A DNA stretch of 64,000 bases from an uncultured Pseudomonadota bacterium (lineage in GTDB: Bacteria; Pseudomonadota; Alphaproteobacteria; Micropepsales; Micropepsaceae). Shown here piece after piece: positions 11,851-22,852 of this stretch; the first letter of the stretch is position 1; each line of letters starts with the position of its first letter. The DNA lies in NCBI GenBank assembly GCA_963775165.1, contig CAVZHX010000001.1:259823-323822 (forward strand). The letters are read 5' to 3'. The notes beneath the pieces are model-generated. The model made no database searches. It was not told the DNA's origin and saw nothing but the letters and a program-made list of their open reading frames with translations. The translations under genes and the position numbers were made by a program.

Positions 11851-13047
11851 TCAGACGTCGTCGAGCGGAAGGATCTCGACGCGCGTCCCGGCCGCCGCCG
11901 CCGGCGCGTGCGGGCCGCGTACGATCAGCGCATCGGCGCGTGCCAGCGCCGACAGCATCGAGGAATCCTGGATCGGCATTGGCGTGACCCAGGCCTCGCC
12001 GTCGCGGCGCTCGAGGCGCGCGCGGATGTAATCCTGGCGCGTGTCGTTGGCACGCAGTTCTGTCGCCAGACGTGCGGCGGCGAGCGGCGTTCGCGTATCG
12101 GTGCCGAGCAGGGCGGCGATGGCGGGTTTGAGATAAAGCAGCGCGCACACCAGCGTCGAAACCGGATTGCCCGGCAGCCCCATCAGCGGCAGCGTGCCGA
12201 GGCGGCCGAAGATCAGCGGCTTTCCCGGCCGCATCGCGATCTTCCAGAAATCGAGCACGAAGCCCTCGGGCCCGAGCGCGGCCTGGATCAGGTCGTGCTC
12301 GCCGACCGAGGCCCCGCCGAGGGTGACCAGAAGATCGGCGCCTGCGGCGCGGGCGGGCAGGGCGGCGATGGCCTCGGGCTTGTCCGGCACGATGCCGAGG
12401 TCGAGCACCGTCCCGCCCCATTTGCGGATCAGCGGCATTAATCCGTACCCGGATGATGCCACGATGGCGCCCGGCCGCTTGGGCGCGCCGGGCGGCGTGA
12501 GCTCGTCGCCGGTGGCGGCCAGCGCGATCACCGGCCTGCGGCGCACGGAAAGCGTGGGCGTGTCGCCGGCGGCGATGAGCGACAGGTCTCGCGCGGTCAG
12601 CCGCCGCCCTGCGCGCGCCAGCACATCGGCCTCGCGGAAATCGAGGCCGGCGGCGCGGATGTGGCGGCCTTCCTGTGCGGCTTCCTTGATCGTGACGGTG
12701 TTGCCGGAGGCCTCGGTGTCTTCCTGGATGACGATGGCGTCGGCGCCGTCGGGCACCACGCCGCCGGTGAAGATGCGCACGGCCTCGCCTTGGCCCACGC
12801 GGCCCTCGAAGGGATGGCCGGCGGGCGATGTGCCGATCACGTTCAAACTCGCGGGCACCCTTGCCGCATCGGCCGCGCGCACGGCATAGCCGTCCATCGC
12901 GGAGACCGGCGCCGGCGGCTGATTCATCCGTGCACGGACGTCTTGGGCCAGCACGCGCCCGGCCGCCTCGGCGAGTGACACAACCTCGGCATCGACCGGC
13001 CTGAACGCCGCGGTGACGCGGGCGACGGCTTCGTCAACGGAGATCAT
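11851..13047 (-). CDS. moeA: Molybdopterin molybdotransferase MoeA
   Basis: [33 protein letters not shown]; ATG at 13047 overlaps moaC stop (ATGA). Confidence 0.96.
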   Translation of the reverse strand: MISVDEAVARVTAAFRPVDAEVVSLAEAAGRVLAQDVRARMNQPPAPVSAMDGYAVRAADAARVPASLNVIGTSPAGHPFEGRVGQGEAVRIFTGGVVPDGADAIVIQEDTEASGNTVTIKEAAQEGRHIRAAGLDFREADVLARAGRRLTARDLSLIAAGDTPTLSVRRRPVIALAATGDELTPPGAPKRPGAIVASSGYGLMPLIRKWGGTVLDLGIVPDKPEAIAALPARAAGADLLVTLGGASVGEHDLIQAALGPEGFVLDFWKIAMRPGKPLIFGRLGTLPLMGLPGNPVSTLVCALLYLKPAIAALLGTDTRTPLAAARLATELRANDTRQDYIRARLERRDGEAWVTPMPIQDSSMLSALARADALIVRGPHAPAAAAGTRVEILPLDDV

Positions 13048-13832
13048 CTCGCCGGCCGGAACATGTCGTCGACGGCCACGCGGGCGGCGCGGGCGAGCTT
13101 CTGCGCCGTCTCGGCGCCCAACGCGCGCGTGCGGCCGGTGAGGAAGGCATAGACCTGCGCCGCCGGAACGCCTGCCTCTTTGGCCCACACGGTCGCGCGC
13201 AGGCGATGGCCGATCATGAAGGCGCGGAAGGCCTCGCGCGCGGCGTTGGGATCGCCGCCGGCGGGCGGCGCGGCGACTTCGCCCATCAACGTCTTGGGAA
13301 CGGCGCGAACGGCTGTTTTCATGGACGCGGGCTTGGGCGCGGGCGCTTCTTTCTTCTCGCGCGCGGCATAGAGGCCCGATTTGCCGCCCGATTTCGTCAG
13401 TAGACGGATGGAATCGATGACCACCGCTTTGTCCACGGCCTTGACCATGTCGTAGACGGTCAGCGCCGCGACCGCGACCGCCGTCAGCGCCTCCATCTCG
13501 ACGCCGGTCTGCGCCACGGTCTTGGCTGTGGCGACGATGCGAAGCGCGTGGCTGCCGGGCCGCGGCTCGAATTCGATTGTTGCCTGCGCCAGCGGCAGGG
13601 GATGGCACAGCGGGATCAGCTCTGACGTCTTCTTCGCCGCCATGATGCCGGCGATGCGTGCGGTCGCCAGCACCTCGCCCTTGGGGCCGGTGCCTTCGAT
13701 GGCCGCCTCATAGGCTTCCGGCGACATGCGGACCATGGCTTCGGCCGTGGCTTGGCGTGCGCTCGTCTGTTTGTCCGAGACATCGACCATGTGGGCGGCA
13801 CCCGTATCGTCGAGATGGCTGAGCTTGCTCAT
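13044..13832 (-). CDS. moaC: Cyclic pyranopterin monophosphate synthase MoaC with C-terminal HTH-like extension
   Basis: [32 protein letters not shown]; followed by a Pro/Ala linker and ~70 aa XRE-like domain. Confidence 0.95.
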   Translation of the reverse strand: MSKLSHLDDTGAAHMVDVSDKQTSARQATAEAMVRMSPEAYEAAIEGTGPKGEVLATARIAGIMAAKKTSELIPLCHPLPLAQATIEFEPRPGSHALRIVATAKTVAQTGVEMEALTAVAVAALTVYDMVKAVDKAVVIDSIRLLTKSGGKSGLYAAREKKEAPAPKPASMKTAVRAVPKTLMGEVAAPPAGGDPNAAREAFRAFMIGHRLRATVWAKEAGVPAAQVYAFLTGRTRALGAETAQKLARAARVAVDDMFRPAR

Positions 13833-14625
13833 GTGGCCACTTTAGCCTGCAAAAGCGCCTTCGTCGCGGCCGCGACATCGGGTTGCCGCATCAGGGCCTC
13901 GCCGATCAGGACGGTGGTGACGCCGGCCCCGGCCAGCCGTTCCAGATCGGCCGGCGCCGACAGCCCGCTTTCGGCCACTACGAGGATGCCCGCCGGGATT
14001 TTCGGCACCAGCCTCAGCGTCACGCCGAGGTCGGTGTGGAAGGTTTTGAGGTCGCGATTGTTGATGCCGATCATCGCCGCGCCCAATTCGAGCGCGCGGT
14101 CGAGCTCGGCCTCGTCATGGACCTCAACGAGAGCATCCATTCCGTATTCCGCTGCGGTCGCCATCAGCGCCTTTGCCGTCGCATCATCGACCATCGCCAT
14201 GATGACCAGGATGCAGTCCGCGCCCCAGGCGCGCGCCTCGGCCACCTGATAGGGATCGAGCATGAAATCCTTGCGCAGCACCGGCAGGGCACAGGCCGCG
14301 CGCGCTTCGCTGAGGAATTCCGGCGCGCCCTGAAAGGACGGCGCATCGGTCAGCACGGAAAGACAGGCCGCGCCGCCGGCTTCATAGGCGCGCGCCAGCG
14401 ACGGCGGATCGAAATCGGCGCGGATCAGACCCTTCGACGGGCTTGCCTTCTTGATCTCGGCGATCAGGCCGATGCGGCCTTGCTTCTTCTTCTGTTCGAG
14501 GGCGGCGCGAAAGCCGCGCGGGGGCCCGGCGGCGCGGGCACGCGCTTCGATCTGGCCTGGCGGAATCTTCGCCTTGGCGGCGGCGATCTCTTCGCGCTTG
14601 TAGGCGGCAATGTGGTCCAGAATGG

Positions 14626-14629
<4 letters not shown>
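13829..14629 (-). CDS. trpC: Indole-3-glycerol phosphate synthase
   Basis: [38 protein letters not shown]; start MTILDHI. Confidence 0.96.
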
Positions 14630-16263
<1,634 letters not shown>

Positions 16264-16449
16264 TTCGCACCTATCGCCCTGGTTGTGCCTGTATCAAATG
16301 GGGCGGTACCGGGGCCAGCCTGGCCACCGTCGCACGTCCAGCCGCTTCTTAGCATGCCGGTCAACAAATCGCAGAAATTTGCAGGCGGCGCCGGAGCCGG
16401 CGACCGCGGCGGCCGGCCCTTGGGTCAGGCCGGCCGCAGGATCAGGCCG

Positions 16450-16992
16450 TCACGGATTCTCGGGCGCCGGCGGCACCGGCTCCCAGGGCCCGTTGCATTG
16501 CTGCACATACGGGTAATAGCCCGCCGGGTCCTCGCAATAATACCAGTAATAATCCGGTGCGCCGTATTGGCTGTAGTAGTCGTAGTAGCCGGTTGGGCCG
16601 ATATATGTCGGATAGGGATAGATCGGCGACGGATAGAAGTACCAGCCTCCGCCGGCCACCCACCACCATCCCAGATGGCCATTGTGTATCACGTGCCGCC
16701 AGCCCCCGCCGCGCCATGCCAGGCGATCGCCGTCGGTGAAACGGGCGAAGCCGCGGCCGCGGAAGGTGCCGAAATCGCGGCCTGGTCGCACCGCGCCCGG
16801 ACGCGGCGTCACCCGGCCCGCGCGCGGCAGGTTGCCGCGAAAATTGGGCGGGGCGTTGCGGAAGCCGCGCTGCGGCATGGCGTGCGAACCTGGCCTGCCG
16901 CGAGACGGCGGATCGGCAGCCATCGCCGGCAAAGCCAGTCCAAGTCCGGCAACGAATGCGGCGCCTAGCGCCAATCTGGACCACACAGACAT
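16450..16992 (-). CDS. Secreted Arg/Gly-rich then Trp/Tyr/Pro-rich hypothetical protein
   Basis: Signal peptide ending AMA-A; GWWWVAGGGWYFYP and YWYYCEDPAGYYPYVQQC; RBS GGAG. Confidence 0.75.
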   Translation of the reverse strand: MSVWSRLALGAAFVAGLGLALPAMAADPPSRGRPGSHAMPQRGFRNAPPNFRGNLPRAGRVTPRPGAVRPGRDFGTFRGRGFARFTDGDRLAWRGGGWRHVIHNGHLGWWWVAGGGWYFYPSPIYPYPTYIGPTGYYDYYSQYGAPDYYWYYCEDPAGYYPYVQQCNGPWEPVPPAPENP

Positions 16993-17169
16993 CACACGAT
17001 CTCCATCAATGCGCACACTGCGCTGACCCCGCCAATTCGGCAGATTATGCGAAGGGTGCCGTCCGCCATTGATCTAACGCAAGAGCGGTGCGCTGGGCAC
17101 GGCTGATCCAGATCAAAGAGTGGTAACCTTCGCGGTGTTTACTGGCGGCCTGCCAAAGGAGCGCGCGCG

Positions 17170-17424
17170 ATGACGGGGCCAGCTTCGACCAGCCGCAATC
17201 CAGCCCGACCGGTGGACAGCGATATCCGCGTCCGCGCCTATCGCATATGGGAGGCCGAAGGCCGGCCTGGCGGCCGCGCCCTCGATCATTGGCTGCGGGC
17301 CCGCAGCGAGTTGGAGAACGAGGTCGTGGTGAACGCTCCGGCCACGCCCGCAGCCGCGAAAATGCCGCCCAAACCCGCCGCCCGCCCGCCTGTGAAATCG
17401 TCGAAGACGAAGAAGAAGCGCTGA
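17170..17424 (+). CDS. DUF2934-family small protein
   Basis: IRVRAYRIWEAEGRPGGRALDHWLRA signature; AAGGAG RBS; basic tail. Confidence 0.85.
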   Translation: MTGPASTSRNPARPVDSDIRVRAYRIWEAEGRPGGRALDHWLRARSELENEVVVNAPATPAAAKMPPKPAARPPVKSSKTKKKR

Positions 17425-17431
17425 GCCGGCG

Positions 17432-19454
17432 CTATTTCGCGGCCATCGGGAACGGCCCCTTGAGCACGTTGTTACTGCGGTCGGCGTCCGGGATCGCGTC
17501 ATCGGGATCGATGGTGACCGAAGCGATGGGCTTGGTGCTGTCCAGCCCCAGATCGAGGCTTGCCTTGTCGATCCAGGTGTCGGCCGGCAAGCGCACGCGC
17601 TCTTTGCTGCCATCGTTGAAATCGATCTCCACCTCGGCCGGCATCGGCAACCGGCCGAGATTGGCGATCTCGACATCGGCGCCCCCGGCGGGATCGCCTT
17701 GCGCATAGGACACGCCCGTCACCGCCAGATCGGCATCCCAATTGTGGAAGAACCAGCCGCGCCAGAACCAGGACAGGTCCTCGCCGGCGGCGCTGTCCAT
17801 TTCGCGGAAGAAATCGGACGGCGAAGGGTGCTTGTAGGCCCAGTCGCGGATGTATTTGCGGAAGGCGAAGTCGAAGCGCTCGGGCCCCAATATCTGCTCG
17901 CGCAGCAGCACCAGCCCCAGCGCCGTCTTGAAATAGGAGACGGGGTGGCCGTATTTGAAACCCATCGCGTCGGCGCGCGTCATGATCGGCGGCGCCTCCG
18001 GGTCCTTCAGGATCTTCTGGATATCCTTGATTGGATCGCCGCTGTCGGGGGCGTATTCGCGATCCTGCTTGGGCGCGAATTCGCCGTCGTTGAAGGCCTT
18101 CGAATTCGTAGACGTCGATGAAGGTGTTGAAGCCTTCGTCCATGAAGGCGAAGCGGCGTTCGTCGGAGCCGACGATCATCGGGAAGATGCTGTGGCCGAC
18201 CTCGTGCGCGGTCAGGTAGAACAGCGCCTTGCCCTTGTCCGGCACGCCGTCGAAGACGATGCCGGGATATTCCATGCCGTCGGTGGGGCCGGCGACATTG
18301 ATGATGGCGGGCCAGGGATAGGGATACCAGCGTTTCGAATAGTTCTGGATCGCGTCCTTGATGTATTGCGTCGAACGTCCCCAGCCGCCCGGCACATCGC
18401 TTTCGACCGGATAGAACGACATGGCGAGCGCGCTCTTGCCGCCGGGCAGATCGATGCGCGCAGCATCCCAGATAAACGCCTTCGAGGCCGCGAAGGAGAC
18501 GTCGCGGGTATGGTTCATACGGAAATGCCAGGTCAGCGTGCCGCCCTGTTTGGGACGGCTTGCCAGATCGTTCACCTCATCGGCACCGCGGATCGCGATG
18601 GTGGCAGCGCTCGCACGCGCTTTGGCGAGTGCGGCGCGTTCCTTCGCCGTCAGCACCGTGTCCGGGTTCACCAGCTCGCCCGAGCCCGCCACCAGCATGT
18701 CCGACGGCACCGTCACGGTGTAATCGAAGTCGCCATATTCCAGATAGAACTCGCTGCCGAGATAGGGCAGCGTGTCCCAGCCCCTGAGATCGTCGAACAC
18801 CGCCATGCGCGGATACCATTGGGCGATGTCGTAGATGTCGCCGTTCCTGGTCGCCATCCAGCCGGTGCGCCCGCCATGCTCGGCGACGGTGTAGTGGTAG
18901 GCGATATGCAGCTTGAGCGAGCTGTGCGGGGCAAGCGGCGTCCTCAGCCTGATCTGCATCCGCGTGTCCGAGATCAGGGTGTCGGCCTTGGCGGTTTTGC
19001 CGCCGCGTTCGATCTCGACGCTGTCGAATTCGTAGCCCTTGGTGAATTGCGCCGGCGGCCGCGCATTGGCATTCTTGCTGGTGGGCGGAGCGGCCGGGCT
19101 GCGCGCGAAATGCTCGCGTGAATCCTTCTCGTAGGAATTCTGTTCGAGTCTGAGCCATAGGCTGTCCAGCGTCTGCGGGCTGTTGTTGGTGTAGGTGATG
19201 ATCTCGGTGGCCGCGAGTTCCTTGCTGGCCGGCATCAGGCGGGCATGGATCGTGTAGTCAGCGCGGTTCTGCCAATAGGCCGGGCCCGGCGCGCCATTTC
19301 CGGAGCGGTACGCATTGACCGGATCGGGCAGGGTGAGCGGTGCGAAGGCCTGAAGCGGATTGTAGCGGCTCTGTTGCGGCGCGGCGAAAGCGGGCAGGCA
19401 CAAGCCGGTCAGCGCTGCAGCAAGGCCAAGGCCGCGAAGCGAGAATGATGTCAT
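17432..19454 (-). CDS. Secreted M1-family metallo-aminopeptidase (one frameshift near 18100)
   Basis: Signal peptide, YWQNRADY, GMEYP, HEVGH..DEG zinc motif; C-terminal part in ORF 17432-17983. Confidence 0.9.
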
Positions 19455-19577
19455 AGGTCCGGTCCATGAAGCTGATCGGGTTGCGGTCCGGTCCACTATG
19501 ACGCTTCTTCGGCGGTGCACCAAAACGCAAATCCATGCGGGCGTTGACAGTTCTGCCCCGGCCTTTCCTATTGGCCC

Positions 19578-20639
19578 ATGTCGCGAGGCAAAGTGATTCG
19601 CCGAAGAAGGCGGGTGGCAGGGCTTGGCGCGGCCGAGGCCGCGTTCTGGCTGGTGCTGGCGCTGGCCGTCGGCGTGGGCGGTTCGCGCGCGCTCGCGGGC
19701 CTGCCGGCGCTGGCGGGCCTGTTCGTGCCCAGCGGCTTCATGGCCGCGCGTGCCGATGTGCAGGGCCCGGCCGCGCGGGTGAATCTGCCGCTCAATCTGC
19801 CGCGCGACGCCAGCGCCTATGCGCCGCAGGTGCTGCTGCCGGTGGCCTCGCGCGGCCTGCCGGACTGGCTCGTCACCCGCATCGAATATGCCCGGCTGGC
19901 CTCGGACCAGAAGCTCGCCATGGCGCGGGTGCCGCGGGCGCCCGCCATCGCCATCGTCATCGACGATCTGGGCCCCGATGCCGCCGCCGCCGCCCGCGCC
20001 ATCGCGATTCCAAGGGGCGTGACGCTGTCCTTCCTGCCTTACGGCGACGACACGCCACAGCTTGCGCGCGCGGGCGCCCGCGCCGGCCATCAGCTCATCG
20101 TCCATGTCCCGATGGAGCCCGAAGGCCGCGAGGATCCGGGCCCGATGGCGCTGCGCGTCGATCTGCCGGCCTCCGAGAATCTGCGCCGGCTCGATTGGGC
20201 ACTGTCGCGTGTGCCGGGTTACGCCGGCATCAACAACCACATGGGCAGCCGCTTCAGCCAGGATCGCGCCGCGCTGATCCCGGTGATGGAGCGGCTGGAA
20301 GGAAGCCGCGCCTTCTTCCTCGATTCGCGCACCGCGCCCCATTCGCTGATCGTGCCGCTGGCGCGCGCCTTCGGCGTGGCCAGTGCCGCACGCGACGTCT
20401 TCCTCGACGACACCCAGACGCGGACCTATGTCGAGGAACAATTGGCGCAGACCGAGGCCGTTGCCCGCGATCAGGGCGTGGCCATCGCCATCGGCCATCC
20501 CCATGCGGTGACGCTGGCCGCGCTCAAGGCCTGGACCGCCAACCTCGCGGCCCGCGGCTATCGGCTGGTGCCGCTGTCGGACGCCATCCGCCTCAAGACC
20601 GAACAGGCGGCGATGAAAATAGCGGCGGCGGGGAATTAG
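19578..20639 (+). CDS. Divergent polysaccharide deacetylase family protein
   Basis: IAIVIDDLG, HVPMEP, GINNHMGS, FFLDSRT, RDVFLD, AIAIGHP. Confidence 0.92.
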   Translation: MSRGKVIRRRRRVAGLGAAEAAFWLVLALAVGVGGSRALAGLPALAGLFVPSGFMAARADVQGPAARVNLPLNLPRDASAYAPQVLLPVASRGLPDWLVTRIEYARLASDQKLAMARVPRAPAIAIVIDDLGPDAAAAARAIAIPRGVTLSFLPYGDDTPQLARAGARAGHQLIVHVPMEPEGREDPGPMALRVDLPASENLRRLDWALSRVPGYAGINNHMGSRFSQDRAALIPVMERLEGSRAFFLDSRTAPHSLIVPLARAFGVASAARDVFLDDTQTRTYVEEQLAQTEAVARDQGVAIAIGHPHAVTLAALKAWTANLAARGYRLVPLSDAIRLKTEQAAMKIAAAGN

Positions 20640-20667
20640 GGCGAGGCCTTCGCCTGTAAGCCAAGAC

Positions 20668-20696
20668 TTGACATCTGTAAGCGATTTGCTTACATT
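20668..20696 (+). promoter_or_regulatory. Sigma70 promoter with inverted-repeat operator for higBA
   Basis: TTGACA-17bp-TACATT; TGTAAGC-gattt-GCTTACA at 20676-20694 overlaps spacer and -10. Confidence 0.75.
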
Positions 20697-20704
20697 TTCG
20701 GTCC

Positions 20705-20983
20705 GTGATCAAGAGCTTCCGCAGCAAGCCGTTGGCCGAACTCTGGTCGAAAGGGCGCACCGCCAAGCTCGACAAGCGTTTGGCGGAGCGCGTTTTGCGC
20801 CGGCTGGACCGGCTGGACGCGGCTGTCGGCGCAGAGGAAATGAACGCCCCTGGCTTCGATTTTCATGCTTTGCGGGGCCATAGGCCGACGCGCTACACGG
20901 TCCATGTCAACGGGCCATGGTGCATAACTTTCGAGTTCGAAGGTGGCGACGCGTACCGCATCGATCTGGAACAATATCATTGA
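20705..20983 (+). CDS. higB: HigB-like (RelE/ParE superfamily) toxin
   Basis: MIKSFR.K.L, PGFDFHALRG, VNGPWCITFEF, DLEQYH; toxin upstream of antitoxin. Confidence 0.9.
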   Translation: MIKSFRSKPLAELWSKGRTAKLDKRLAERVLRRLDRLDAAVGAEEMNAPGFDFHALRGHRPTRYTVHVNGPWCITFEFEGGDAYRIDLEQYH

Positions 20984-20997
20984 GGAAGGAGCTGGAG

Positions 20998-21309
20998 ATG
21001 GCTGAATATCCTGCCAGGCGCGATCCGAAACGGTGCCCCACGCACCCCGGCGAATTGCTGCGCGAAGATGTCCTTCCGGCCGTCGATCTGACCAAGGTCG
21101 AGATCGCCGAGATACTGGGGATTTCGCGTCAGCACCTTTACGACATCCTGAACGCGCGCAAGCCGGTCTCTCCGACCGTTGCGGCGCGGCTGGGCAAGCT
21201 GTTCGGAAACGGAGCCGGAATTTGGCTGCGGATGCAGGCCAATTACGATGCCTGGCAGGCTGAGCACACCGTGGATGTGAGCAAAATCCCGACGATCAAG
21301 GCGGCTTGA
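20998..21309 (+). CDS. higA: HigA-family HTH antitoxin
   Basis: PTHPGELLREDVL, HTH, WLRMQANYD; GGAG RBS. Confidence 0.92.
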   Translation: MAEYPARRDPKRCPTHPGELLREDVLPAVDLTKVEIAEILGISRQHLYDILNARKPVSPTVAARLGKLFGNGAGIWLRMQANYDAWQAEHTVDVSKIPTIKAA

Positions 21310-21315
21310 GCTGCC

Positions 21316-22845
21316 CTATCGCCCCCGCGCCGCTGAGGCATAGCGCACGGCTTCTTCGGCCGCCGCCATCAGCGCCTTGGCCTTGTTGACGCTCTCCTGG
21401 TATTCGAGCTCGGGCACGCTGTCGGCGACCACGCCGCCGCCGGCCTGCACATACATCACCCCGTCCTTCACCAGTGCGGTGCGCAGCACGATGCAGGTGT
21501 CCATCGAACCGTCGGCGGCAAAATAGCCGACCGCGCCGGCATAGACGGCGCCGCGCTTTTCCTTCTCGAACGTGTCGATGATCTGCATGGCGCGGATCTT
21601 GGGCGCGCCCGAAAGCGTGCCCGCCGGCAGCCCCGCGGCCAGCGCGTCGACGGCGTCGAGCCCCGGCCTGATCTTGCCCTCGACATTGGAGACCAGATGC
21701 ATGACGTGGCTGTAGCGCTCGATGAAGAAGCTGTCGGTCACCGAAACCTGTCCGACATCGGCGACGCGGCCGACATCGTTGCGCCCCAGATCGAGCAGCA
21801 TCAGATGCTCGGCGCGCTCTTTGGGATCGCCGATCAAATCCTCCGCAAGAGCCTTGTCCTCTGCTGCGGTGGCGCCGCGCGGCCTCGTCCCGGCGATGGG
21901 CCGGATGGTGACGACGCCATCGCGCAGCCGCACCAGGATTTCGGGCGAGGAGCCGACGATGGCGAAACCGGGAAAGGCCAGGTGATAGAGATAGGGCGAA
22001 GGGTTCAGCCGTCTCAGCGCGCGGTAGAGCGAAAACGGCGGCAAGGCGAAGGGCCGGCGGAAGCGCTGGCTCGGCACCACCTGGAAGATGTCGCCGGCGC
22101 GGATGTATTCCTTGGCGCGCTCCACCACCGACAGATATTCCGTATGCGTCATATTGGATTCGATGGCGGGCGCGGCCGGCAGATCGCCGGGCAGGGCGGG
22201 GGCGGCCGGCAGCTTGCCCTCGAGATCGGCGATGGCTGCGTTCACGCGCTCGCCCGCGCGCGCGTAAGCCGCCGCCGCATCGAGGCCGGCCTCGGGCCAC
22301 ACCGGCGACACGATCAGGATCTCGTCCTTCACAGTGTCGAAGATCGCCGTGATGGTCGGCCGGATCAGGATGGCGTCGGGCAGGCCGAGCGGGTCGGGCT
22401 GAGGGGCCCCCAGGCTCGCCGGCTCGATCAGCCGCACCATGTCGTAGCCCAGAGTGCCGAACAGGCCGACCGCCATCGGCGGCAGCGCGGCCGGCAGCTC
22501 CATCTGCGTTGCCTTCACGAGCTGCCGCAACGATTGCAGCGGATCGCCGGCGAGCGCGTCGGGCGCGAAAGCATCGGGATCGGCGAGCGCGTCGCGATTG
22601 ATCTCGGCCTTGAGACCCCGGCAACGCCAGATCAAATCCGGCTTCAGCCCGATGATCGAATAGCGGCCGCGGTTCTCGCCGCCCTGTACGCTTTCGAGCA
22701 GGAAGGCGTTGTCGCGGCCTTGGGCGAGCTTGAGGTATGCGGAGACCGGCGTCTCCAGATCGGCGATCAGCCGCGCATAGACCGCTTGCGGCTTTGCGGC
22801 GTCATAGCTCCGGGCGAAGCCGGCGAAATCCGGTTCGATCGCCAT
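21316..22845 (-). CDS. trpE: Anthranilate synthase component I
   Basis: DLETPVSAYLKL, GDIFQVVPSQ, PIAGTR, EHLMLLDLGRND, GTLSGAPK. Confidence 0.96.
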   Translation of the reverse strand: MAIEPDFAGFARSYDAAKPQAVYARLIADLETPVSAYLKLAQGRDNAFLLESVQGGENRGRYSIIGLKPDLIWRCRGLKAEINRDALADPDAFAPDALAGDPLQSLRQLVKATQMELPAALPPMAVGLFGTLGYDMVRLIEPASLGAPQPDPLGLPDAILIRPTITAIFDTVKDEILIVSPVWPEAGLDAAAAYARAGERVNAAIADLEGKLPAAPALPGDLPAAPAIESNMTHTEYLSVVERAKEYIRAGDIFQVVPSQRFRRPFALPPFSLYRALRRLNPSPYLYHLAFPGFAIVGSSPEILVRLRDGVVTIRPIAGTRPRGATAAEDKALAEDLIGDPKERAEHLMLLDLGRNDVGRVADVGQVSVTDSFFIERYSHVMHLVSNVEGKIRPGLDAVDALAAGLPAGTLSGAPKIRAMQIIDTFEKEKRGAVYAGAVGYFAADGSMDTCIVLRTALVKDGVMYVQAGGGVVADSVPELEYQESVNKAKALMAAAEEAVRYASAARGR

Positions 22846-22852
22846 GGCGCGC

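Noticed and set aside
11851-13608. 585-aa MoeA with long N-terminal extension
   Set aside because: Extension is an alternative frame of moaC; the MoeA start at 13047 overlaps the moaC stop
17020-17055. Weak resemblance of the 16450-gene upstream region to the RcnB cassette promoter
   Set aside because: Only short scattered matches (ATAA..TGCCGA..GGGTC); the invariant palindrome core is absent
17499-20504. 1001-aa ORF suggesting a giant peptidase fusion
   Set aside because: First 350 codons are mostly antisense shadow of the deacetylase gene; real start with signal peptide is 19454 and the tail is off-frame after an indel near 18100
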